A stretch of DNA of 64,000 nt, from contig JBHLNZ010000010.1 in the NCBI GenBank assembly GCA_048941015.1, positions 1 through 64,000 on the forward strand. Direction: 5' to 3'. The stretch's first letter is position 1; each line of letters starts with the position of its first letter. Below, piece after piece: positions 50,654-60,003 of the stretch. Source of the DNA: Promethearchaeota archaeon (GTDB lineage: Archaea > Asgardarchaeota > Lokiarchaeia > Sigyniarchaeales > SOKP01). A program made the position numbers and the translations under genes. A model generated the notes under the pieces. It was not told where the DNA came from and did no database searches. It saw nothing but the letters and a program-made list of their open reading frames with translations.

Positions 50654-52450
50654 TTAAATATTAAATTCAATATCAAGCTTTTCTAATAACTCTGGTTTAG
50701 GAATTCCTTTCTCGTCCCATTGCCTTACAAAATAATATTGATCTAACATTGGTTCTAATGAAACGACATATCCTTTTGAAAATCCCTCCTTTAGAGGCTC
50801 GCTAATAAATCTTAGTGGTAAATTATCATCCTCTCTTTTAAACCCTTCTCGAATGTTAAAAATCCTCTCAAGATTATATATTCGTTCTCCAATTTCAAGA
50901 AGTTTTATTACATCATATTCAATTCCAGTTATTGCTTTTAAAAACCGAGCATAATAATCAAGTCCTAAAGCCCAACCCGCGAATGCACATATTACCAAAC
51001 TATCTTCAATTGCTTTCTGATTTTGTTTTAAAACTAGTAAATCAGGTTTTCCTGCGGTAGTAAATCTGTCTATTTTTTTTGGAGTAGCAAAGATTTCTAG
51101 TGAAGCCATATATCCAGTAAGATGACAGCCTCCTCGATTTGAGGTCGCATATCCTAATGCATGTCCAAAAACTCCTCTTGGATCATATGCTGGAAGTTCT
51201 AATCCTTTTACATGCATCGCAACTTCATTATGATTATATCGATTAGCAAGCGATCTTGCCCCCTGACTAATTTCAGCCCCAGTTCCTTCCATTTCAGCAA
51301 TTTTTATTATTAATTTCTTTAATATATTATTATTTCCAAATTTGAGGGAATTATCATTTAAAAACCCTTTTTCTTGTAATTCCATTGCACATGAAATACT
51401 AACACCACAAGAAATCGTATCGATTCCAAATTTATTACATAAATAATTTGCTTGAGTTATAGAGATTAAATCATATATTCCTAGATTTGGACCGAGAGCC
51501 CAAACAGATTCATATTCAGGGCCTTTACCGTTCATTTCACCCGCTTTCGTTAACCTTCCACACCTAATCGGACAAGCATAACATCCTTCTTGCTCTTGAG
51601 TTAACCGTTTATTTATTTCTTCTCCACTTACTTGAGCCGCTCTCTCATCATAACCTTTTTGAAAGTTATTAATAGGAAACATACCCAAAGTATTAATTAC
51701 ATTAACTAAAGCTGAAGTACCAAATTTCGGTAGGGAAGAACGTGTAATAGGGACAACTTTAATTTTATCCTGAGCAACTTTTACATATTTTTTTAAAAGT
51801 TCTTGGTTATGCACTTCAAACTTAATACTCCCTCCCTTTATAACAATAGCTTTAAGGTTCTTAGAACCCATAACTGCTCCAACTCCGCCTCTACCAAATG
51901 CTCTATATGCATCATTCATTATTGAAGCAATTTTTACTAAATTTTCACCAGCTGGACCAATCATTAGAGCATGAATATTCTTACCTTCAATTTCCTCCAA
52001 TTGATGAAGTGTATCCTCTGTATTAAGACCCCATAATTTCGAGGCTTCCCGTATTATGGGTTCTTTTCCACCCTCAATTAAGATATATGCTGGCTCTTTT
52101 AAAGCGCCCTCTAATAAAATTCCATCATAACCACATTTTTTCATAAAAACTCCAAAAGATCCACCAGAATTTGAATAAAAAATACCATTTGTAAGTGGAG
52201 ATTTAGTTACTAAAGAAAATCGACCATTAGTTGGAACAATAGTTCCGCCAAATGGTCCTGTTGAAAAAATCAACAAGTTTTTTGGATCTAATGGATCTGA
52301 GTTTACTGGAAGTCTTGTTGATAATAGTTTTACTCCTAAACCTCTTCCTCCGATAAAATCTTCTAATATTTTTTCATGTATAGGAAATTCACTGAATTTC
52401 TCATTATTTAAATTTATTTCGAGAATTTTATTATTTAGCCCTTTCATCAT
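50654..52450 (-). CDS. aor: Aldehyde:ferredoxin oxidoreductase (tungsto-/molybdopterin AOR family)
   Basis: IGGRG, KSPLT, IGPAGE, GAVMGSKNLKA, CYACPIRC, GPEYE, YDPR, RGGCH. Confidence 0.93.
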   Translation of the reverse strand: MMKGLNNKILEINLNNEKFSEFPIHEKILEDFIGGRGLGVKLLSTRLPVNSDPLDPKNLLIFSTGPFGGTIVPTNGRFSLVTKSPLTNGIFYSNSGGSFGVFMKKCGYDGILLEGALKEPAYILIEGGKEPIIREASKLWGLNTEDTLHQLEEIEGKNIHALMIGPAGENLVKIASIMNDAYRAFGRGGVGAVMGSKNLKAIVIKGGSIKFEVHNQELLKKYVKVAQDKIKVVPITRSSLPKFGTSALVNVINTLGMFPINNFQKGYDERAAQVSGEEINKRLTQEQEGCYACPIRCGRLTKAGEMNGKGPEYESVWALGPNLGIYDLISITQANYLCNKFGIDTISCGVSISCAMELQEKGFLNDNSLKFGNNNILKKLIIKIAEMEGTGAEISQGARSLANRYNHNEVAMHVKGLELPAYDPRGVFGHALGYATSNRGGCHLTGYMASLEIFATPKKIDRFTTAGKPDLLVLKQNQKAIEDSLVICAFAGWALGLDYYARFLKAITGIEYDVIKLLEIGERIYNLERIFNIREGFKREDDNLPLRFISEPLKEGFSKGYVVSLEPMLDQYYFVRQWDEKGIPKPELLEKLDIEFNI

Positions 52451-53733
52451 TAAGTCCTTTTTTGTAGAATTTCTTTCTCATATTCTTCTACGTTTTTGAT
52501 CCAATCTTTTCCAACTGGTACATCATTTTTATGACAATAAAAGTCCCAAATTGCCCCAAATGGCAGAGTCTTAAGTTCTTCTAGTAGTGCTAATCTCTGG
52601 AAGTATTTACCACCAACTTCGTAGTCCCTTAGAAGTTCCCAAGGTTGCAGCAATGCGTATAATATACTTTTTAATGTAGACCTTGCACCAATAACCCATG
52701 CTGCAATTCGATTGATAGAAGCATCGAAGTAGTCTAATCCTATAAAAATTTTATCTAATGCTTGACTTCGAATTACTTCTTCAGCAATTTGAATTATATC
52801 ATCATTTTGAATAACTACATGATCAGAATCCCAATGTAGCCCTCTACTAACATGAAGTAAAATTCCTTTGATGAAAGGTAAAATTGCGGAGATTTTATCT
52901 CCAACAGACTCAGTAGGATGAAAATGTCCTGAGTCAAGAGTTAACATTAGATTATTTTTTACTGCATAACTTAAGTAGAAATCATGACTTCCTACTACAT
53001 AAGCTTCACTTCCAATACCAAATAACTTTCCTTCTAATGAATCTTGTATATAATTTGGATTTACTTTTTGTTCAAAAATAGTATCCAGAGAATCCTTTAA
53101 TAATTTCCTATGTCCAGCACGATCTACGGGAATGTCTTTTGAACCATCAGGAATCCAAATATTGTGAATCACAATATCGTTCAAATTTTTTCCTATTTCA
53201 ACACTAATCTCACGACATTTTTTTATGTGTTCTATCCAGAAGTTACGGATTTCAGTAGATTTGCTACTTAAAGTAAATCCTGAATTCGCTTTTGGATGAG
53301 AAAACAAAGTAGAATTAAAGTCTAATCCTAAATCTTCCCCTTTTGCCCAATCTATCCATTTTTGAAAATGTTCTATCTTAATTTCATCTCTATCTATGAG
53401 TCTGCCTCCAAAATCCCCATAAATAGCGTGTAAGCTAACCCGATGTTTACCTGGTACTAAAGAAATTGCTTTTTTAAGATCCACCTGAAGCTCTTTAATA
53501 GTTCTTGGCTTCCCAGGGTAGCTTCCCGTAGGTATTATACCTGCTCCTGCTAGACAGGAATCTAAACTCTCAAACCCTCTGACATCATCTCCTTGCCAAC
53601 AGTGAATAGACAGAGGGATGCTATTTAAAATCTCTAATACCTTATCTGTGTTAACTCCAAGCTCGATATAAATCTCTTTTGCCGACTTATAAGCATTTAT
53701 TACTTTTTCTTTAGTTGCATTAATTATAATCAC
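52450..53733 (-). CDS. rhaA: L-rhamnose isomerase
   Basis: HCWQGDDV.GFE, LHAIY, WIPDG.KD, KLFGIG.E.Y.VGSH, DSGHFHPTE, WDSDHV, DYFDASINR. Confidence 0.96.
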   Translation of the reverse strand: MIIINATKEKVINAYKSAKEIYIELGVNTDKVLEILNSIPLSIHCWQGDDVRGFESLDSCLAGAGIIPTGSYPGKPRTIKELQVDLKKAISLVPGKHRVSLHAIYGDFGGRLIDRDEIKIEHFQKWIDWAKGEDLGLDFNSTLFSHPKANSGFTLSSKSTEIRNFWIEHIKKCREISVEIGKNLNDIVIHNIWIPDGSKDIPVDRAGHRKLLKDSLDTIFEQKVNPNYIQDSLEGKLFGIGSEAYVVGSHDFYLSYAVKNNLMLTLDSGHFHPTESVGDKISAILPFIKGILLHVSRGLHWDSDHVVIQNDDIIQIAEEVIRSQALDKIFIGLDYFDASINRIAAWVIGARSTLKSILYALLQPWELLRDYEVGGKYFQRLALLEELKTLPFGAIWDFYCHKNDVPVGKDWIKNVEEYEKEILQKRT

Positions 53734-53829
53734 TTTTTATTTTAGTATCATATATCTAATGTAAAACAATAATTATAATAATAAATTAGAGTGATTTCTA
53801 AAAATTGAAAATTCTTAGAAAAATAATAA

Positions 53830-54270
53830 TCAAAATATTTCAATAAAACCTTCATCACCGTTTACTCTAACCATTGTTCCATTCTCGATTTCTTTTAAAT
53901 TAGAGAGATTTATTTGATCAACGATGGGAAATTTTTGACCATAGAAAATTTCTGCAATAATAGCACCCGAACTCATTAAAGGTTCACCAATTTCGCATAC
54001 TATAGCTTTAGGTCCCACATTTCGAACTATCGTCTCTAATAGCACAAATCCTAAAGTAGTAGTTCCTATAGGGTATGGAAAAATTAATATTTTTCCTGTA
54101 ACATCTTTTTTATACAATTCATGAGTTCTGTCAGCAACTTTTAATCTCCTACTTTTTTGTACTAAAGGTATAGTGAACGCAGCACTAATACTAAAAGGTT
54201 GCTTAGTTATTAACGCTTCACCTTCAACAATTCCTTTACTAAGGCTTCTTCCTTTTATAATTTTAGTCAT
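53830..54270 (-). CDS. Aconitase X small (swiveling) subunit, DUF126
   Basis: G.VEGEALIT, GKILIFP..GTT, PKAIV, VRVNGDEG. Confidence 0.85.
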   Translation of the reverse strand: MTKIIKGRSLSKGIVEGEALITKQPFSISAAFTIPLVQKSRRLKVADRTHELYKKDVTGKILIFPYPIGTTTLGFVLLETIVRNVGPKAIVCEIGEPLMSSGAIIAEIFYGQKFPIVDQINLSNLKEIENGTMVRVNGDEGFIEIF

Positions 54271-55471
54271 TTTTCATACCCTCCGTTGCTATCTTTATGC
54301 AATCATCAATATTTCTATAGGTAGCATTACTATAAAAGCAAGTTTTAGCAGAATTAGTTGTTAATGGACGTGGTAAAGTAGTAAGAAGTGGACATAATGA
54401 AGTTAATTTTGCTCCAGATTTCTTTAAAATTTCATTATATTGAGAATTGATAATTTTTCTCTTACTCACTTCATTTGTACAAATCCATAAATTCATCTCC
54501 TTCATAATCTTTTTTCCTTTTAGCTTATTTAATAAATCTATTACTTCTTCTTCACTTAATTGGGGACATCCAGTTGTAATACTAACTGGTGGTTGTGTCC
54601 AATTAGTGCTATATTTTTCTCTTACTTCTTTGAGATCGTTATTATCAATTTCAATAATTTCTCCTGGTTTGTCACCCTGAAACGCACTTTTAAGATCTCT
54701 AGCTTCAGGAGTCATGCCAATTACATGAATCAGAGCAACAGCGCCAGTTGCAGCGGATGCTGCTCCTAAATTTTTTAAATTATCAGTAGTAATGTTTTTA
54801 AAACCATCTATGACTGGAATTTTATTACCTGCGATTTCTCCTATTCGTAATCCAATTGAAGTTAAATTGAAATTATCAGAATAGTCAATATCAGGAGAAA
54901 TTTTAAACAATAATTCACCTTTCCTATTCTCATCTATATGTAATCCATTATAAGGAGTCTTACCAGTGATAGCACATGCTAAATCTAAAAGACCACCTTC
55001 ACGATTAGATCTTGCTCCCAAAATAGAGTTTAAATAAATAACTGCTGAGGACTCAGACCATGCACAGTGATCACCTAATTTTGGTTTATTATCCAGAAAA
55101 TAAGGAGTACAAGTAAATCCATGGACACCTATTTTTGTTAGATCTTCCATTAACTGATCATGTAATTGAAATAATGGTATAATTGTTTTAAGTTCTTCAG
55201 CATAATCAAAATCAAGAATCGGATCTGCTGTGGTTCTTACTTTGACTTTCAGTCCTGCTTCTGCTATTTGGTGTAATACTTCAGCAGCAGCATTAACAAA
55301 ATTTAAACCAAAATTCAAAACTGTGTGAGCGGAAACAATTTCAATTAATTTCTCTGCCCCATAAGAATCTCCTAATCTAACAACTAATTTCAATAATTTT
55401 GAGAGTGTTTCACCTTTTTCGCCGTTTAAAATCGATTCTTCTTCTTTTGTTAAGAAAATTTCTTTCACCAA
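54263..55471 (-). CDS. Aconitase X large (catalytic) subunit, DUF521
   Basis: AH, TCTPY, AWSESSA...NS.LGARSNREG, GCPQ, CP, TNSAK..Y. Confidence 0.92.
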   Translation of the reverse strand: MVKEIFLTKEEESILNGEKGETLSKLLKLVVRLGDSYGAEKLIEIVSAHTVLNFGLNFVNAAAEVLHQIAEAGLKVKVRTTADPILDFDYAEELKTIIPLFQLHDQLMEDLTKIGVHGFTCTPYFLDNKPKLGDHCAWSESSAVIYLNSILGARSNREGGLLDLACAITGKTPYNGLHIDENRKGELLFKISPDIDYSDNFNLTSIGLRIGEIAGNKIPVIDGFKNITTDNLKNLGAASAATGAVALIHVIGMTPEARDLKSAFQGDKPGEIIEIDNNDLKEVREKYSTNWTQPPVSITTGCPQLSEEEVIDLLNKLKGKKIMKEMNLWICTNEVSKRKIINSQYNEILKKSGAKLTSLCPLLTTLPRPLTTNSAKTCFYSNATYRNIDDCIKIATEGMKND

Positions 55472-55642
55472 ATTAGAATAATAGTAATATAATATTATTT
55501 GATAAGCTTATAATTAAAATGATCCAAAAAGCATTGAATAATAACCTCTAATATAATAAAGGATATTTCAATTAATTCATATAATCTCCTTCATTCAAAA
55601 GTTTAAATTAAAATTAATTCTTAACTTGATATTTGAAAAGAA

Positions 55643-56698
55643 ATGGAAATTAAATACAATATTGGCTCATATAAATTTGAAGTAAATCAATTCTTTCCGG
55701 AAGATTTGTTTTACAAAATTACGGATATTAGAATTTCTAATATTCAAGATATTTTACAACGTGAATATAATAATCGAATCAGAAGAAAATTACCCTGGAA
55801 TGCAAATCTAGTTATAATCGCCGCTGATCATCCTGCTAGAAGAGTCACTAAAGTAGGGTCTAATGAATTAGCAATGGGTAATAGACAAGAATACTTAGGC
55901 AGAATAATTCGTGTTCTCATGCTTGATCAGGTCGATGGCATTATGGCAACGCCAGATATAATGGATGATTTGATAATCTGCAATTATATATTCAAAAAAA
56001 GTGGTGGCAGAAGTTTCATTGACAATAAGATTCTAATAGGTAGTACTAATAGAGGTGGGCTTTTTGGTTCTCCTTATGAAATGTATGATCCCGTTACAGC
56101 TTATAATATTGATGATATAAAACATAATGAATTAGATGGTGCTAAGATGATGATTAGGATTGATTTAAATTCAAAATTTGCTAAATATAGTCAAAAAACT
56201 TTAAAAATCTGTTCAAATCTAGTAAGAAAATGTAATGAATATGGAATTCCTTCTTTCATTGAAGCTTTACCTGTAGAATACACAGATAAAGGAATCTATA
56301 AAATAAGTAAGAGTAGTATCGAACTAATTAAAACAGTGGGCATTGTAACCGCTTTAGGAGGCAGTTCAGCAAATATTTGGCTTAAGGTTCCTTATGTTAA
56401 TAATTTTGAAGCAGTAGCTAAAAGTACAACCTTTCCTATATTAATTCTAGGAGGAGAAAGCCACGAAAATCCTTTTCAGTTCTTAAAAAATATAAAAACT
56501 GCTCTTTCATCAGGAGAAAATATTAAAGGATGTTTAGCTGGTAGAAATATTCTATATCCTGGTGATGATGACCCAAGAGCAGTATCATTAGGGGTTTCTA
56601 ATATTATCCATCATTCCTATAGTGTAGAAGAAGCTATTGCAACCATTGCTCAAAATCGTGGAAAAGAGATGGAATTTTTGACATCTAAAATGATATAA
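55643..56698 (+). CDS. Class I aldolase-like TIM barrel (Cgl0159-like)
   Basis: IAADHPAR, DGIMATPD, NRGGL, GAKMM, WLKVP, LILGG, AGRNILYP. Confidence 0.8.
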   Translation: MEIKYNIGSYKFEVNQFFPEDLFYKITDIRISNIQDILQREYNNRIRRKLPWNANLVIIAADHPARRVTKVGSNELAMGNRQEYLGRIIRVLMLDQVDGIMATPDIMDDLIICNYIFKKSGGRSFIDNKILIGSTNRGGLFGSPYEMYDPVTAYNIDDIKHNELDGAKMMIRIDLNSKFAKYSQKTLKICSNLVRKCNEYGIPSFIEALPVEYTDKGIYKISKSSIELIKTVGIVTALGGSSANIWLKVPYVNNFEAVAKSTTFPILILGGESHENPFQFLKNIKTALSSGENIKGCLAGRNILYPGDDDPRAVSLGVSNIIHHSYSVEEAIATIAQNRGKEMEFLTSKMI

Positions 56699-56821
56699 AC
56701 TCCATATTTACCCATAATTAAAATTATAGAATTATGCATTTTCTCTTCTTATTAAACAATTTCGAATAATTTATAGAAAATTACAAGAAAATTATTAAAA
56801 TATTAGTTCTTTAAAGAAATT

Positions 56822-57517
56822 ATGAGAAAAGAAGATTTATTAAAGCCTTCTGAATCTAATTTTATTAAGAATTCTGATATCTCTATTAAGGATTCGAATG
56901 AAATCCCTACAGGAACGTTTAAATCAGGTACTACAACTGTTGGATTGGTCTGCAAGGATGCTGTTATTTTAGGAACAGATAAAAGAGCTACAATGGCTTA
57001 CTTTATAGCTAGCAAAACAGCTGAAAAATTACATAAAATTCAAGATCATCTTTATATGACTATAGCAGGGTCTGTAGCAGATGCTCAATATCTTATTGAT
57101 GTTTTACGTGCTGAAACTATGCTTTATCAATTAAAAGAAGAGAAAAAGATTAAAGTGAAAAGTGCCGGAAAACTATTAGCTAACATATTATATCAGAATA
57201 AAATGTTTCCTTACGAAGTTGGACTAATTTTAGGCGGAGTTACAGAAGAAGAAGGGCCCTTATTATTAGACATTGCGGCTTATGGCTCAATTTTACCTGA
57301 GAAATTTTGCGCTGTTGGTAGTGGACAAAACTTTTCTTATGGCGTATTAGAGGCAAAATATAAAGATGGTTTAAGTATTGAAGAGGGTAAAGATATTATA
57401 AAAAAGGCTATTTCATCTTCAATAATCCGCGATATGGCCAGTGGCAATGGTATAGATATAGCTGTAGTTAAACAAGATGGTCCCGCAGAAAGGGAATTTA
57501 TTCCTATAAAAGAATAA
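56822..57517 (+). CDS. psmB: Proteasome subunit beta
   Basis: Propeptide then G|TTTVG, DKRAT, AGSVAD, GSG, RDMASG. Confidence 0.96.
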   Translation: MRKEDLLKPSESNFIKNSDISIKDSNEIPTGTFKSGTTTVGLVCKDAVILGTDKRATMAYFIASKTAEKLHKIQDHLYMTIAGSVADAQYLIDVLRAETMLYQLKEEKKIKVKSAGKLLANILYQNKMFPYEVGLILGGVTEEEGPLLLDIAAYGSILPEKFCAVGSGQNFSYGVLEAKYKDGLSIEEGKDIIKKAISSSIIRDMASGNGIDIAVVKQDGPAEREFIPIKE

Positions 57518-57750
57518 GAAGCAACATCATTTTTATTCACACTTCTATTTTTAGTTCTTATCCAGAATTTTAAATATTACCAAAGGATAAACTTTAAATA
57601 AATGGATTTAGAAATCTTTATAAGAATAACATATCTTTATAAAAATAAATTATATATTATAAAGTTAGATTAGTTATCTCGTTAAAAACGAAGACTTTCG
57701 TTCAATACTACTAAATATACACATAAATTGTAACTTGGAGATTCATCAAA

Positions 57751-58482
57751 ATGAGCTATAGTATTATAGTAGATCTCTCTCACAAAGAAAAGATAGAAGA
57801 ATTCCCCGATTTCGCATTAGATGAAGAAGATTATGAAGTCGATTATATAGATAAGAATGAAGGTCCTATCGATTTTGAAATGCTTGAAGACTATGATATC
57901 TTATTTATTGGAAATATTCAAGCTACTCAAAATGGAAAAGATGATAAGTTTACTAAGGAAGAATTATTAGCAATCAAAAAGTTTATCGGAGAAGGTGGAG
58001 GCTTATTCTTAACCAGTGGAGATGGCGGGGACAGAGATGTACCAATGAAACTTGGTTCTATTAGAGTATTATATAAAATAACTGGTGTACGGAAATTTTG
58101 GAATGGAATTATTCAAGAATCAACTTCAAATTTTCTTGTTAATCGAGATAATGTTTTAATTAATGAATTTTATGCTCATCCTATTACCGATGGAATTACA
58201 GCATTAGTCCTCCCTAACTGCACTTTTTTTACAATCACAGAAGAGGATATTGAAGATATCATTGTGACCTCTGAAAAAGCAGAATTTAAATACTATTTTG
58301 ATAATGATACTGGTGCAATTGGTCCTGTACCTATATGTGTAGTTTCTGAATTTTTTAATGGACGATGTGTTACAGTTGGATCATCAGATTGGTTAATTGA
58401 AGATAGCGATTATGGTTTGGATGCTGAAGATAATTTGAAATTTCTGACAAATATTTTGGAATGGTTGTCTTTCGAAACCTAA
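57751..58482 (+). CDS. GATase1-like / GIFT-type (IFT52 N-terminal, DUF4350-like) domain protein
   Basis: DLSHKE, FT.EE...IKKFI.EGGGL, HPIT.GI, GR.V..G, DNLKFL.N...WL. Confidence 0.6.
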   Translation: MSYSIIVDLSHKEKIEEFPDFALDEEDYEVDYIDKNEGPIDFEMLEDYDILFIGNIQATQNGKDDKFTKEELLAIKKFIGEGGGLFLTSGDGGDRDVPMKLGSIRVLYKITGVRKFWNGIIQESTSNFLVNRDNVLINEFYAHPITDGITALVLPNCTFFTITEEDIEDIIVTSEKAEFKYYFDNDTGAIGPVPICVVSEFFNGRCVTVGSSDWLIEDSDYGLDAEDNLKFLTNILEWLSFET

Positions 58483-58521
58483 ATCAATATTGATATTAAT
58501 TTTAGTGTCATATTTTATACT

Positions 58522-59634
58522 ATGGTATTTAAAGTTCTTCGTCCAGATTCTTATAGTGTCTGGAAAGATGAAGAAATCCTTAAACGGTTTCACAGATATA
58601 GAAGTATTATAGATAATAAAGAAATTGCTAGATTTCAATTAGCTAAAACGATCGAATGTGATTTTAATCCCCATGATAATATAGAAAACCTTGAAGAACT
58701 TTTGAGAAGTAAATCTTTGGAATTTAAAGAATTGATTAAATATAAAACTGAAAAGTTGAAAAATCGAAAAATATATTCTAAGAATTACATTAATTTAGCA
58801 GAACATCTAGCTAAAAAGTATCTAGAAAATTGTATTTTTTGTGAAAGAAAATGCCAGATTAATAGAATCGATGGAGAAAAAGGTTTTTGTTTGATTTCGA
58901 AAGACTCTTATGTATCATCTGCATTCTTACATATGGGTGAAGAAGCCCCTCTTATTCCAAGTGGTACTATTTTTTTCCAAGGATGCAATTTTGGATGTGT
59001 CTTCTGTCAGAATTATGATATCTCTCAAACTTGGAAAGGCAAGAGAGAGTTAGATGATGTTGCGCAAAAGATTGACCCAAAACAATTGGCAACCTTAGCA
59101 GATAAATTAGTAGACAAAGGGGCAATAAATATTAATTATGTAGGAGGCGATCCTATCCCAAATATTCATACGATAATAGGGAGTCTCAATTATCAACAAT
59201 CAAATATTTGCCAGTTATGGAATTCTAATTTTTACTTGACTGATAAGGCACTTTCATTAATCATTGATTTAATGGATTTTTGGTTACCCGATTTTAAGTA
59301 CGGAAATAATCAATGCGCTGAGAAATATTCTGGAATAAAAAATTATTTCGATTTTGTATCTCGAAATCATAAACGAATTCATAATGAGGGAAGTGGTGAA
59401 ATCATTATTCGACATCTCGTAATGCCTGACCATATTGAATGTTGTAGTAAACCTATTTTAAATTTTATTGCAAACGAGGTTCCAAACTGTGTAGTTAATA
59501 TAATGTCTCAATTCCGGCCACAATTTAAGACTTCTCAGTATCCTGAGATAAATAGAAGGCCTACAATCGCAGAAATGCACTTAGTAAAAAATTACGCTGA
59601 AGAATTAGGAATCCTCTGGAAACCTGTTTCTTAA
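58522..59634 (+). CDS. Radical SAM protein, PflX-like
   Basis: CIFCERKC, H.GEE, GCNFGCVFCQN, DFKYGN, IIRHLVMP. Confidence 0.9.
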   Translation: MVFKVLRPDSYSVWKDEEILKRFHRYRSIIDNKEIARFQLAKTIECDFNPHDNIENLEELLRSKSLEFKELIKYKTEKLKNRKIYSKNYINLAEHLAKKYLENCIFCERKCQINRIDGEKGFCLISKDSYVSSAFLHMGEEAPLIPSGTIFFQGCNFGCVFCQNYDISQTWKGKRELDDVAQKIDPKQLATLADKLVDKGAININYVGGDPIPNIHTIIGSLNYQQSNICQLWNSNFYLTDKALSLIIDLMDFWLPDFKYGNNQCAEKYSGIKNYFDFVSRNHKRIHNEGSGEIIIRHLVMPDHIECCSKPILNFIANEVPNCVVNIMSQFRPQFKTSQYPEINRRPTIAEMHLVKNYAEELGILWKPVS

Positions 59635-59638
59635 TGAT

Positions 59639-59959
59639 TTATTTATTTATCCTGAGATCTTTAATCTCTAATAAACTAAAATCCTTATTAAATACGAATT
59701 TATCCTTGTAATGCTCAGTATATAAATCATCCATTTCTGGAGTGTGTAAGAATTCTGTTTCTGTATATATTTCATAAATACAAATTACTTCATAGTTGAT
59801 TCTCTCTTGATCCACTAATTTCTTTATTTCATTTATTTTGAACTTAGCTAATGTTCTATAATATAAATGATCAGTTCCCTTCCTTGCATGCTCTCCTAAA
59901 TTCCTTAACTTATAAATCTCCTCTTTGATAATTTGCTTAAATTTCTCACGATTTTCCAT
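59639..59959 (-). CDS. Hypothetical protein
   Basis: 106-aa ORF filling the gap; no motif recognised. Confidence 0.55.
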   Translation of the reverse strand: MENREKFKQIIKEEIYKLRNLGEHARKGTDHLYYRTLAKFKINEIKKLVDQERINYEVICIYEIYTETEFLHTPEMDDLYTEHYKDKFVFNKDFSLLEIKDLRINK

Positions 59960-60003
59960 AATTATTTTAGCTTAAGAAGTCGCCTTTTAATTTTAAAAAT
60001 AAT

